From Chiloscyllium plagiosum (Eukaryota): 64,000 bases of DNA. The stretch covers positions 72,172,074 through 72,236,073 of the forward strand of contig NC_057717.1 in NCBI RefSeq assembly GCF_004010195.1, written 5' to 3'. Shown one piece after another: positions 37,760-50,404 of the stretch; position 1 is the first letter of the stretch, and each line of letters begins with the position of its first letter. Made by a program: the position numbers and the translations under genes. The notes below the pieces were generated by a model, which saw nothing but the letters and a program-made list of their open reading frames with translations, had not been told where the DNA came from and did not search any database.

Positions 37760-38110
37760 GAAAGTGAGGATTGCAGATGATGGAAATCAGAGTCGACAGT
37801 GTGTTGATGGAAAAGCGAGGAGCGGGAGAATTGGCGTTTTTGGCATAAGCCCTTAATCAGGAATGAGGTTTGTGGCCATGAGGGCTGAGAGATAAATGGG
37901 CGGTTTGTGAGTTTTGGGCATGATAGCTGAGTATGGGGGCTGTGCTCAGTTGGAGTCATGCAACTAGAATAATGTGAGGGGAGGGCGAATGTGATAACTG
38001 GTAATCCCATGTGGTATCAAGGTCCCAAGCGGAAGATGAGGCCTTCTTCTTTCAGCCGTCAGGTGGTTAGTGTATAGCAATGGAGCAGTTGCAGGAACTC
38101 CATGCCCTTC
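37760..38110 (-). mobile_element. Penelope-like 3' fragment
   Basis: Homologous to 63360-63790 (LGTLIPHG; tggcataagccc...cagg core). Confidence 0.65.
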
Positions 38111-38402
38111 GCAGATTTGGTGCGGGCGAATAGTGTGCATTACAGATGAGCTTCCAACTGCATGTCCAAATATCATTATGAACCTGGTACGTCTCAGGAA
38201 CAGTTTCTGATTCTACCCCACCTGACGAGAAATTGAGGACTGCAGATGCTGGACATCAGAGCCAGGAAGTGTAGCTCTAGAAAAGCTCAGTGGTTAGGCA
38301 ACATCTGTGGAGCAGGAGTGTCAACGTTTCGAGATTCCTGATGAAGGTCTTATGTTCAATATATCGACTTCCTCATCCATGGATGCTGCATTATCAGGCG
38401 TA

Positions 38403-38800
38403 CATTTCCAGAATCACACTTTTAACTCGACACCACCTCAGCTCATCTGCTTTAGAAAAATAAATGAAGCACCTGTCACCACTCAGTTGATTCTTCTGTC
38501 GCATGCGAGACAAACCGCAACATTCTATTCCCCATGAATCTCAGATCATTCAGATCTCGAAAGAAAAGATTACTGCAGACGCTGAAAATCTGAAAGAAAA
38601 GCATTTCCAGAATCACACTTTTAAATCGACACCACCTCAGCTCATCTGCTTTAGAAAATTAAGTGAAGTACCTGTCACTACTCAGTTGATTCTTCTGTCG
38701 CATGCTAGACAAACTGCAACATTCTGTTCCCCATAAATCTCAGATCACTCAGATCTCTAAAGAAAAGATTACTGCAGACGCTGAAAATCTGAAAAAAAAA
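38403..38800 (+). repeat. 199-bp tandem duplication (2 copies)
   Basis: catttccagaatcacactttta...gctgaaaatctgaaa at 38403 and 38602; roughly 90-95% identical. Confidence 0.95.
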
Positions 38801-39329
38801 GCAATAATTGATGGAGAATTCACGAATCTCTCAGTTCAACTGAATGGTCGAATATTAAACTTGGTGAAGGAAAAGAAAAATCTGCAATTTTATAACGGCT
38901 ACATTCTGTTTCTCAAAATAAAAATGAGTTTCATGAAGTGGACTGTTTTGATCAGGCAATGCACGCTCACCTTGTCATGTGCTGCTGCGAATGCGTGAAT
39001 ATATATTGGCATCGCCACTGCTGAACAGATGAAAAATATTATTTTGCCTTCTGAATCAATTGATGCTCCTGCAGAAAAGTCAATGTGACTCATATCCCAG
39101 CACAGTCAGATCGGTGTGTATTTCAGAGTCCTGCAACATCACATTTAATTTAAAAAATCTTTACTAATTGTTGCTTATAAATATCGCGTTCTCGATTTTA
39201 TACTGCATTAGACAATGATTTACTCACTAACTTACTCAACTGTACATCACTCTATTTTAGTACCCCTAACGTTCCATTCACGATTTACCGACCAAACCAG
39301 TTTCTCGAAGAAAAGTTTTATTTTTAAAA

Positions 39330-40780
39330 CCGAAGATTGAGCTGGACTAATGCCTGTCGGAAATCAAACATCAATCTGTCACTCTCGATACCTTGTTTAG
39401 TGTATCTCAGGGCCTGTCACCTTAAACCCGTGCCCTCTAATTTTGAACTCCACCATCCTGGGCAAAGGATTTAGGCCAGTTGCCTTTCCATGACCCTCGT
39501 GACTTTATAAACGGTGAGAACGTTACGCACTGCCTGTAACATTCCAGCGAAAAAGGTCCTGCCTACCCAGTCTCCACGTATATCTTAAGCCCTCAGGTCC
39601 TAGCAACATCCATGCAAATCATTTGTGCACAGGTTCAATTTTCACAACATCCTTCCTGCAGAAGCTGACTATAAGTGCAAACAGGATTCTAAATGTGATC
39701 TCACCAGCTCCACAGCCACAACATGGCATTTCAACTCGGATAATCGACTTCATGACTAATGACAGAAAGCGTTCCAAGTACTTTCTTCACCAACTTGTCT
39801 AGTTGTGACACCACTTTATCTACTTTTATAATCTTTGCCTGGACTGATAAAGTTTTGGTTGTCTTCTTCACTACTATGTTCTGCTGCCTTCACGGATATG
39901 TGGCCCAACATGCAAGGCCTCTCTGTTCCTCTATTAAGTACTTCGTTGACGAATTACTTCCAGTGTGCACCACATCATATTTTACATGGTTAATTTCAAA
40001 ACCCCATATCTGAATTTGACATTTGACAAATCCATCTCTAACCTCCTCAAACCTACGACCTTCTTCCTTACTGTGAACCACTTTGCCAATATTCGTATCG
40101 TCGGCAGTTCTGCTTATCCTTTCCCCCTAATTTGTTCTATGTACACCATTAAATACCAGCTTCCAGTCGCACTTAGAGCCTTCTATCACCATCCTTTATC
40201 TCCTACCACCACCAAACTACATTTGGATCCAACTTGCCAGGGGACCTTATAACCCTTTTAACTTTTACCCTGTTACCAGTCTCCAGTGTGGTGTCTTGTT
40301 AAGGGATTTGTTGAAATCCACACAAACAACATCAACTTCACTATCCTCGTTAAAACAGCTGATCACTTGCCAAAAAATGTATTTAATCCGGTGTGTTAGG
40401 CATAACATTCTCTAACAATACCGTGATGACTCTCCCTGATGAAACATTGCCTGGAGAAGTGGCAAATAACTCTCTCCTTCAGGGAGTGTTCCAAAAGGTT
40501 GCCTTCAACTGATGTGAGACTCATTCCTGTGTGATTCTTTGGTTTATCTCTCCCAATCATGCTGACAAGTGGAACTGCGTTAGTAATACTGCAGTCCTGT
40601 ATCAAATCAAAGAGGTCAGTAAAACATTGGTCAGAACACCTGTAATTTCGTACCTTGGCTCAGAGGCGAACATAAGATACCAGTCCGTCCTGAATTGGGG
40701 ATATGCCCATTTCAAGCCAGTCAGAACCTCGAGCACTTTCTCAGTAAATTAGTCAAACTGCTTAAGAACCTCTCCATCCC
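39330..40780 (-). mobile_element. degenerate CR1 LINE fragments (3' end and RT)
   Basis: ORF 40396-40605 gives SLTSVEGNLLEHSLKERVICH...IRESHHG. Confidence 0.75.
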
Positions 40781-41269
40781 TCTTCCTGCATTCTGCACCT
40801 TTATCTTACTACAAGTGGACTGTTCACCTACTGAACGAGTAAAATGATTCACTCAATTATCGCATTTACTGACATAACTGTACTGTCACACTGGAGGGAG
40901 GTCATACAGATAGTTAAACTGGTAAACGCTGCATTCAACCTTTGCGGTTATAAAACCTTTTGCTTTGATAGCCAGAGGCAGATTGTTACAGTGAGAAATG
41001 ATTTGAGATTTCTCTAAGTGAAAAACAGTCACTTGATTCCACCTCCTGCAGAGACTCCTATCTGTTCACATCTGACATGAGGGACCCGAACAGAACTGTG
41101 GCACAAATCCCAAGCAAATGATTGCTATATTCATTGACCTACGAAGTTGATGCCAATGGCTCATATTGTAATGATTTCATCAACAGGAGAACATTCCAAG
41201 ATTAACACAGCTCTGTCTGATGTGCAGGGGATCATTACACAAGCACAGTATCAGGGTTCCTCTGTGGCA

Positions 41270-41960
41270 AGAGCAAACGATGCTGGAAAGAGAAATCGGA
41301 GTTAACATTGTCGTTCCAGTTACCCTTTCCTTAGCACTGATGTTTTCCAGGTAATTTTTGGTCCATATTCATAAGCTATGTGGGGGCGCAGTAATTCGGA
41401 GTAAACGAGAGGTGGGGAGAGAGCGGAAAGAGAGAGACTAACAGTTGGACATGGGAATTGATAATGATCTGTTTGGAGGATCAATAAATGTTCATGGAGA
41501 CAGTGAATCACTAACCATAGTTAGTGTGTAAAATCTGGCTATGCTATAACTAGGCCTGGTAGGCGGCCAGGACCTTCGAGATTTCAGGCCTCTAAAATTA
41601 TTGAAATTGATGTGGAGTCCGGAGGATTGCAGGGTCCTCAAGCAGAAAATGGTCTGTTCCTTTTTCAACATGCGCTGACCTATGATGGAACACTGCAGGA
41701 AGCCTGTGACAGAGGCGTTGGCTCGGGAACATGGCTCTGTGCTGAAGAAGTAGTCAACTGGAAGCTCAGGGGCATTTTTGAGGATAGAACGTGGATGTTC
41801 TGAAAAACGGTCATCCAGTCCAGACTTAGTTTCTCAAGATAGTGGAGACCAAAATGCGAGCAGTGAATGTAATAGACTGGATTGTACGAAGTGTAAGGAA
41901 AGTGTTGCTTCATTTGAAAGGTGTATTTGAGAACTTGCATAAGAAGGAAGCAATATAGAA
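41270..41960 (-). mobile_element. degenerate Penelope-like GIY-YIG fragment
   Basis: Minus strand gives NPVYYIHCSHFGLHYLE and RTLQPSGLHI-type motifs. Confidence 0.7.
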
Positions 41961-42019
41961 ATGGACAAGTGAGGAGAAGCAAGAAGCAAAAGCGAAGTAT
42001 GACTTAGGAGTTCCTGTTA

Positions 42020-43830
42020 GAGATGTTGTTAATCATGAGGGTAAGAAAGCGACCATAAAGGCACTATACCTGAATGCTCGTACTGTTCGGAACAAGGCAG
42101 GAGATATAATGGCATAAATCAACACGAACGAATATGATTTAGTAGCCATTGCGGAGACATGGTGACAGCATAGTCAAGACTGGGAGGTAAGTATTCAGGG
42201 TCAAGAGACAAGTTGGAAGAAAAGAAAGGATGGTAATGTAGGTGATGTAATTCTAACATTCAAGGATAACCTCAGACCGGTGCTGATAGATGATATAGGT
42301 TCGATGGAGAATGGGTTTGAATCCATTTTGGAGGAAATAAGAAGTTCGAAGAAGAAAATGTCACGGATAGTCGGAGTCAATCGGCCTCCATTTTTTAACA
42401 CTGGAGAAGGCAGTAAAGAAAAAAATAAATAACGCCTGAAAAAATGCATGGCAATGATCATGCGGTACTTTAATCTCCATGTCAATCGGTCGAAGCAGGT
42501 CAGTCAGGGTTGCCTTGAGGAGGAGAGTGTTGAGTGTATCTGCGATATTCTCTTTGAGTAGTGTGTAATGGCTGGCTATGGTATAACTAGGGCAGGTGGA
42601 TGGGTAGGGGGCCAGGACATGGGAGATTTCAGGCCTCTAAAATTATTGAACTTGATATGGAGTCCGGAAGGTTGCAGGGTCCTCAAGCAGAAAATGGTCT
42701 GTTGTTTTTTCAGGCCAAGAAGGGGAGCAGCCACATTAGATTTGGTACTGGGTAATGAACGTGGCAAGATGGAAGATTTGGAGGTGCGTGAACACTTTGG
42801 TGCTAGTTAGCAAAATTCAGTTATGGTTACTTTAGCTTGTCAAAAGGGCTAGGTATACACTGGAGGGCAAGCGCTGCAGCTGGGGGAAAGACAATTACGA
42901 TGCGATTAGATAACATTATGCATGCACAGATTGGGCAAGGAAACGGCAGGGAACAGGCACAATAGAAATGTGGAGTTTATTCAGGGAGGAGGTTCTGCGT
43001 ATCCTTGATAAGTATGTACCTATCAGACACAGAGGAAGTTGTCAAGCGCAGGAATCATGATTACTAAGGAGATTGAATCTCTTGTTTAGATGTAGAAGGC
43101 TTGTGTCATTATGAGATATAAAGGCTCAGTTAGGGTGATTGAGAGTTACAAGTTAACCAGGAAAGACCTGAAGAGAGACTGAAGACGAGCCAAGAGGGAA
43201 GCTGAGAATTTGTTGGCAGATAGGATAAGGGAAAATCCTAAAGCTTTCTAAAGGCGTGTAAGGGCTTAAAGAATGAATGGAGTAAAATATGACAAATGAA
43301 GAACAGTCGTGGTAAGTAGTGCGTGGAGTCGGAAGCGATAGGGGAACCGCTAAAGCAATATCTTTCGTCAGCATTCATACTGGAAAAAATAATGTTGTCC
43401 TGGAGAATACTGAGAAACAGGTTACTAGACTAGATGGGATTGAAGCTCCCAAGGGCGAGGTGTTACAATATTGGATAATGAGAAAATATATAAATTCCCT
43501 AGGATTTATCTAGGATTCTCTGGGAATCCAAGAATCTGTTTTCCAAACGTTTGGCATTGATGTTTTCATCATCATTGTCTAAAGGTATAGTACCAGAACA
43601 CTAAAGGATCGCAAAAGTCATTCCCTCATTCAAGAAGGCGAGTAGAGACAACCCTGGTAATTATAGACCATTGAACCATCCGCCAGTTGTAGGTAAAGTG
43701 TTGGAAAAGTTTCTAAGTTATAAGATTTATAATCATCTCGACTGTAATGAGTTTATGATGGAAAGTTAAGACGGTTTTGCGAAGGGGAGGTCGTGACTCG
43801 CAAACATTACTGTGCATTTTGAGTAGGTCA
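42020..43830 (+). mobile_element. CR1 LINE ORF2 fragments (endonuclease to RT start)
   Basis: KALYLNARTVRNK...YDLVAIAETW; ATLDLVLGNE; PGNYRP. Confidence 0.85.
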
Positions 43831-43835
43831 TTAAA

Positions 43836-44285
43836 TTGGATGTCGGTTTGCTCGCTGAATTTGAAAGTTCATTTCGAGATGTTTCCTCACCCTAGTAGGT
43901 AACATATTCAGTGGGTCTCCAGGTGAAGCACAGTTCCTGATTTCTGCTTTCTATTTTTATGTTTGAGTTTCTTTGGGTAGGTGATGTCATTTCCGGTGGT
44001 GATGTTATTTCCTCTTCTTCCTTCTCGGGGGTAATCGATGGTATCACACTCGAAATGTATTTTCATTGATGTCTGTTTGGAATGCCATGCTTCGAGGAAT
44101 TCTCGTCCAGGTCTCTGCTTGGCTTGTCCTAGTACGGATGTGTTGTCCCAGTCGAAGTGGTGGACTCCTTATCTGTATGGAAGGATACCAGTGAGAGCGC
44201 GTCATATTGTTTTGTGGCCAGTTGATGCTCATGTATCCTGTTGGCTAGTGTTCTGCATATTTGTCCAATGTAGAGTTTTTTTACA
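43836..44285 (-). mobile_element. Penelope-like element 3' end (GIY-YIG endonuclease plus hammerhead-bearing tail)
   Basis: KLYIGQICRTLANRIHEHQLATKQYDALSLVSFHTDKE; the tail is homologous to the 31982 insert. Confidence 0.85.
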
Positions 44286-44289
44286 GTTA

Positions 44290-44660
44290 GTGCAAAATTA
44301 TGAGGGGCACGGATAGGATAAACAGACAAAGTTTTTTTTCCCTGGGGTCGGCGAGTCCAGAACTAGAGGGCAGAAGTTTGGCTGAGCGGGGAAAGACATA
44401 AAAGAAACCCATGGGCAACTTTTTCACGCAGACGGTGGTACATGTATGGAATGAGCTGCCAGAGGATATGGTGGAGGCTGTTACAATTGCAACATTTAAG
44501 AGGCATTTGGTTGGGCATATGAATACCAAGGGTTTCGCGAGATATGGTCTGCGTGCTGGCAGGTGGAACTAGATTGGTTTGGGATTTTGATCGGCATGGA
44601 CGGGTTGAACCGAAGGGTCTGTTTCCATGCTGTACATTTCTATTACTCTATGATTCTATT
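44290..44660 (+). mobile_element. CR1/HER1 LINE 3' end
   Basis: GNFFTQTVVHVWNELP; tail gggtctgtttccatgctg...tctatgattctat. Confidence 0.85.
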
Positions 44661-44679
44661 GCTCTGTATTTTGTAAATG

Positions 44680-46520
44680 ACATTAGTTTATGCATATAAA
44701 GATCGGTAGCAGAAGTTTCTGTTAAAATGTAAAATGAAAAAGAGTGGCAAAAAGTCAACGTTGGTCCTTTCGTGGTTGAGACAGGTCAATTACTTGTGGG
44801 ATATGAAGAAATAGCCGAGAAGTTGAACAGGCATTTGCATCGGTCTTCACAGCGGAGGACATTAATAACATGCCAGTAATTGACAAAGAGATGAAGGTAG
44901 TTGACGCCCTGGGAACAATCATTATAACGGAAGAGCTAGCGTTAGATTGTTGCAGCTAATTGGCCAATGAATGGATAAGTCTCCAGGCCCTGATGGAATG
45001 CATCGCAGGTTACTAATTGCGTTGGTTGGTTAAAAAATAAGTGCACTGGTGATAATTTTCCAAAATTCGTTGGTCTCTTGGGAAGTCCCAGCCGACTGGA
45101 AAACAAAAATGTGACGCCACTGTTTAAAAAGGGAGGCAGACAAAATGTTCAGATTTATTGAACATTTGCTCAACCTGTGTAGTGTGGAAATTTCTTGAGT
45201 CTATTATCAAAGTTAAAATAGCAGTGCGTCTCGACAGAAATTGGACAGACGCAGCTTGGGTGCATGAAAAGGAGGTCATGCCTGCAAAATCTTTTAGAAT
45301 TCTATGGTGGCATTATGTATAACAGGACCCAGTAATTTGGTTTACCTAGATTTCCAAAATGGCCTTGACAAGGCGCCGCACAGGGGCTGGCAGGAAACAA
45401 ATGCATGCTGTTAAGGGTGAAGTATTAGCATGGATTGAAGATTTATTGCCCAACAGGAAGAAATGAGTTGGGATAAATGAATGCTAATCTGTTGGCCAGC
45501 AACGGTGTGCCTCAGAGATTGGTAATGGGAGCGCAATTACTTACAATTTATATGGATGATTTGGAGTTGGGAGACATGTGTACCGTGTCCAAGGTGTGCA
45601 GTTGACACAAAGATGAGTAGCAGAGCAAAGTGTGCAGAGGACTGTGAAAATTTGCAGAGGAACATTGATATATTGAGAGAATGGGCAATGGTCTGGTGGA
45701 TGGAATACAATGTTAATACATGTAAAATAACTCACTTTTATAGAAATAAAAGTTAAAAAGAAGATTTTTACGGGAATGGTAAAAAGTTGCAACATGCTGC
45801 CACGCAAAGGGAACTGGGTATACTTGTGCATGAAACACAAGGTTGTACTGCAGGTGCAACGAGTTACAAGCAATGGCATATAATTTCGTCTTTAATTGTT
45901 GAAGGGATTGAGTTTAAAAGCAGAGAGGTTATGTTGTAAATAAACAATGTGCCAGTGAATCTCACCCTGTTGTGTTGTGAGCAGTTTTAGGATTCTTACT
46001 TGACAAAGGATATATTGGAATGGAGGCAGAGCAGAGGAGTTTCACGAGATTGATTCCGGAGTTCAAGGTCTTCACTGATGACAGGAGACTAAGTGCATTG
46101 GGATTATATTCAAAATTCAGAAGAATGAGGGCAGATCTTATGGAAACAAAAATAATAAGGGAAAGTGTGAGATAGAAGTAGAGAGCACGCTTCAATTGGC
46201 GTGTGAAACTGGGACAAGAGGGCACAGCCTCAAGATTAGAAGGATCCGACTTATGACGGAATTGTGAAGGAATTTCTTCAACCAGAGCGTTGTTACTCAA
46301 TGGAACTGCTTGCCCAGCGAAGTAGTTGATGCTACATCACTCATTTGTTTTTTTAAAGCTAGGATGATTTTTGTCTGAACAATAAAGGAATTAAAGATTA
46401 TTTCAGAGGGTGGTTAAGTGGATGGATGTCAATGCAAAAATCATACATGATCTTATTGAATGGTGGAGCAGGTTCGAAAGCCCGGACAGAATACTCTTGC
46501 TCCTACTTCTCATGTTCTAT
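44680..46520 (+). mobile_element. CR1/L2-type LINE ORF2 3' half, degenerate
   Basis: DKSPGPDGMH; DCENLQRNIDILREWAMVWWMEYNVNTCKITHF; 3' tail ending ~46520. Confidence 0.85.
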
Positions 46521-47099
46521 GAATGGATGAATGTATGTGTCACATCTTCAGCGATAAAAAGGAAAGCTTCCCTGGGGCTGTGGGGAGTTGTTGAGAGTGA
46601 AGGCAGAGTGCACCACGATTACCCAGGGGGAATTGTACCTGGAGTAGGCGGACAAGGGTGGGGAGAGGAATATATATTTGGTGATAGTATTTCGCCGGAG
46701 GTGGTGGAATTAGTAAAATGTTTCATTGATCACTTGGAGTACCACAGCGCTTCAGGCTCCAGACCAAGTTCTGAAAAAGTGGGATGAGACTGGATAATTG
46801 CTTGATAATGGACATTCGCAAGATGGGCCCGAAATCCTTCTTCCATGCCGTAAAAGTCACAATGTCTTTGAGATACCAAATTCACCAATCATTGTGATCA
46901 CAAGAGCAGGGATTTTCTTGACTCCATAAAGCATGTCTATCTCATTGCCTGCTATTCACGCCACCTTTGATTAGTCACCAGCATTCTCCATTCACAGCAA
47001 TTCAAACTTCTAGCTCGATCGTTATTCACTTCATTGTCCAAATGTTTTTCTCTATCTTTGTGTGCTTTCCGGACCAACTGTTTACTATTTTACAATACA

Positions 47100-47705
47100 G
47101 AGAGCGGCATGGTGTGATAGTTCCTGCTTGTCTGGATGATTGAAGTGTTAAGGAAACAATGCAAAAGCGAAGCACAGCAGATTAGGCAGCATCTGAGTAG
47201 AAAGAGAAATTTAAATCATAACCTTCTTGAGGACCCCTGACTGCAGTTGCAACAATACTGAAAAGCTCAACACCATCCAGAATAGAGCAACTGAATTGAT
47301 CAGCAACACGCAACTAACACAACATCAACAAACATCCATTCCCTCCACAACCAATCATTCAGCCACACAGTCTGTACCATCCACAAGATGCATTCCAGAC
47401 ATTCACCAAAGCTCCTTCACAGTATCTTTGAAACTCACACTACATCTAACTAAAAGGAAAAGAGCAGTAGATCGACAGGAAAGCCCTACAATCCATTTAC
47501 CATTCTGACCTGGAAATATATTGCCGTTCCTCCAGTATTACACGGTCAAATTGTGGATATTACTCCTCAATAATTTGTGTCTCCTGAGAGCACATGGAAA
47601 AGATGGTTCAAGAAGTCAGCTCATCATCACCTTGCCCAATTAATTCAGGAATTAATAATAAATGCTGACCTGTTCTGGAATACTCGCATCCGATGAAGAA
47701 TGAAA
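47100..47705 (+). mobile_element. LINE 3' fragment (L2/CR1 group)
   Basis: EKLNTIQNRATELIS; ends aataaatgctgacc...catccgatgaagaatgaaaa. Confidence 0.6.
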
Positions 47706-47774
47706 ATCATATGCTTTGGTATTTCGAGAAATTCTCTCTTACTGTGGTATTTCTGTTTCTATTTGAGGGGAATC

Positions 47775-48240
47775 AAAGATGAGGATTTGCAGTTGGAAAA
47801 CTGAAACGAAGCATCACGTCAGAATTTGATGGAGTTGGTGTGTTCGATGTAGTATGAAACTCACCGGCCTTTGGAAATGAAAGGAAAAAGCAACATTAGT
47901 AATGGAGTGCAATGATTTATTCTCTGAACTATCGAGACATAATTGGATGGACGCTGGAGAGAAACTTCGGTAATCTTGTGACAATGGAAACGCTTTAATT
48001 ACTTGTCTGACCTGAAATTTCATCAGTGCAACCACATTGAGGAAAAGGCCATTCAACTGTTCTGAGTGTGAAAAGGGATTTGCTCAGTTTTCGAGCATGC
48101 TGACTCAGCAGTTGGTTCATACTGAGGAGAAACCATTTAAATGTCCAGAGTATGGAAAATGCTTTAAAAGTTCTCTCGAACTGCTATACCATAAATGTGT
48201 TCACACTAATAAGAAATCATTCAAGTGTCTCTGTACATCT
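47775..48240 (+). pseudogene. C2H2 zinc-finger gene relic
   Basis: RPFNCSECEKGFAQFSSMLTQQLVHTEEKPFKCPEYGKCFKSSLELLYHKCVHTNKKSFKC: about 2.5 fingers with lost Cys/His ligands, truncated by a microsatellite. Confidence 0.85.
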
Positions 48241-48244
48241 CTCT

Positions 48245-48720
48245 GCATATGTGTGTGTCTCTGAGTATCTGTACGTATTTCCGTCTGTCACTCACACACA
48301 AAGACAGACACAAAACACACACACACACAAACACACACACATAACACACACGCGCGCGCACACACGCACACATACACACACACCAACAAAAGCAAAAGCA
48401 ATGTATCACTTCAAACACAAGAGGAATAGACAGAGATACAGATAGATGAAGACTTAAACCCCAATTGCAATGGTTACAATTCCGAAAACAGCAGAGGGCC
48501 CATTGCACAGAGATTCAGACACATGGATACATAAACAGAGAAACACACACAAATACACACAGAGACACACACGTACTCACAAAGAGACAGCTGGTCCGAC
48601 AGAGATAGATTGGTAGACACACACAGAATCACAGAGACAGGAACGCATGATAATGCACACACCAATCCAGTGAAACACGTGCATAAAGCCACACAGAATG
48701 GATGTGCAGTAACTGACACT
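48245..48720. repeat. (CA/GA)n-rich microsatellite tract
   Basis: Imperfect acac/agac runs. Confidence 0.9.
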
Positions 48721-49009
48721 GCCCTGTGTCTACCATCTGTCGCGCAATCTGTGTCCCTTCAGTTCAATCCCAGTTTTTACAGATGAAATGTCTTTGAGAA
48801 AGTGAACAGTCGTATGATGTCCCTCAGCGTAATATTTGGGAAAAGGTGAATCTAGTTAGAAGTTTATGGTCATTTGTGCAATTAATAGACTTGTACACCA
48901 CATCCGCTTTAACACGGCATGTCCATCTGTGAAATGGATTAATGATGATGGAGAGTAATTATGTTCTCCATAATTCTCCTAATTGATACTCGAACATGAT
49001 TATGTCCAA

Positions 49010-49195
49010 TCGGGCGAGGAAGAAACCAGTCAGTCCCTTGAGTCACTTACACAGCAACAGGATGAGGCCATTCAGCCCCTTGTGTCACTTACACATGAAA
49101 AGAAGAGGCCATTCAGCCCCTTGACACACTAATGCAGGAAAAGGAGGTGGCCATTCTCCCCTCAATGCACTTTCACAAGGACAGAATGAGCGGAT
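49010..49195 (+). repeat. ~40-bp minisatellite (gaggccattcagccccttg core)
   Basis: About 4 imperfect copies; reverse complement of the 60560-60800 array. Confidence 0.8.
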
Positions 49196-50081
49196 TCCTG
49201 ATGAGCGTCTTATGCCTGAAACATCCATTCAGACTGCTCCTCAGGTGCTGTCTGACCTGCTGTGCTTTTCCAGCAATCCACCCTCTACTCTGGTCTACAG
49301 CATCAGCAGTCCTCATTGTTTCCTAATTGATGCTCTAACTTGATGAACAAGTGGAGCAGAGGTTGCAAAGACAGACTTCTCCACATTGTTCCTCCTGGCT
49401 CTGTTGCTCATGATACACACGTGGGACTTTAATGTGGTTTTCTCACGGTGAGGAGGGAAGCCATATGTCATGTGTGAAGTCTCAAGAAGGCATCTTTCTT
49501 CACCGAGAAGAAAGATTGGTGTTCTCTGCGTAGGGCAGAAGCTGGTGTTTCAAAGGAAGGTATTGTGGCTGCTGTTGGGGATTGTGAACAACATGACATT
49601 CAGTACGGGTTCACACGCCGACTGCCCAATAATGTGGGGAGAGTTAAGTTAGGCATGTAAACTATTGGGAAATTCACATTAGACTGATGAAAGGACTCTC
49701 TAAGTTCATATACTGCTGATTTTGTTCATGCTGATCTTGTCGAGTGCACGTCCTCTGCAGTGTAACCTGTATGCCTTACACTGTCCAAGTGTATTTCCAC
49801 CCTATGATCTGCCTGGCCATGATTACTATGATCTGCCTCCACTGCTCATTGGTAAAGTATTTCCCTGTACTGAGGTACATGTGACAATAAACCAAACCAA
49901 TCAATTCTGGGTAAAGTATGGAATTTCTCACCCTTTCAATGTCTCTTTTGGAAATAAGTTATCGCTGCCACTCCTCGTGTTTAGTGTCTCCATTTCTTCA
50001 TCTCTCACAGCTCCACAGATTAAACACTCAGCTTCGACACTCTATCCTCATGATGTCATCACCCGTGTCTGTGGTAAGGAG

Positions 50082-50239
50082 CTGAAAATGTGTTGCTGGA
50101 AAAGCGCAGCAGGTCAGGCAGCATCCAGGGAACAGGAGAATCGACGTTTCTGGCATAAGCCCTTCTTCAGGGCATAAGTCCTTCTTACAGCAACACATTT
50201 TCAGCTCTGATCTCCAGCATCTGCAGACCTACTTTCTCT
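50082..50239. mobile_element. palindromic Penelope-derived insert
   Basis: gctgaaaatgtgttgctg...cagcaacacattttcagc; 14-bp TSD tctgtggtaaggag (50068-50081 / 50240-50253). Confidence 0.85.
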
Positions 50240-50404
50240 TCTGTGGTAAGGAGGTCATTCCTTACAAAGGAGATCAAATCTGTAGAGAGTGTTCCAAATG
50301 CTCTCTCAGCAAGGCTCTACAACAGTAGGAAGATGGCTTCACTTATGTACTCGAATCATCTTACTATGACAGAAAGCATGCCATTGACTGCACCCATTAC
50401 TTAC

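Noticed and set aside
48152-48719. Cys/Val- and His/Thr-rich ORFs
   Set aside because: They are translations of a (CA)n microsatellite.
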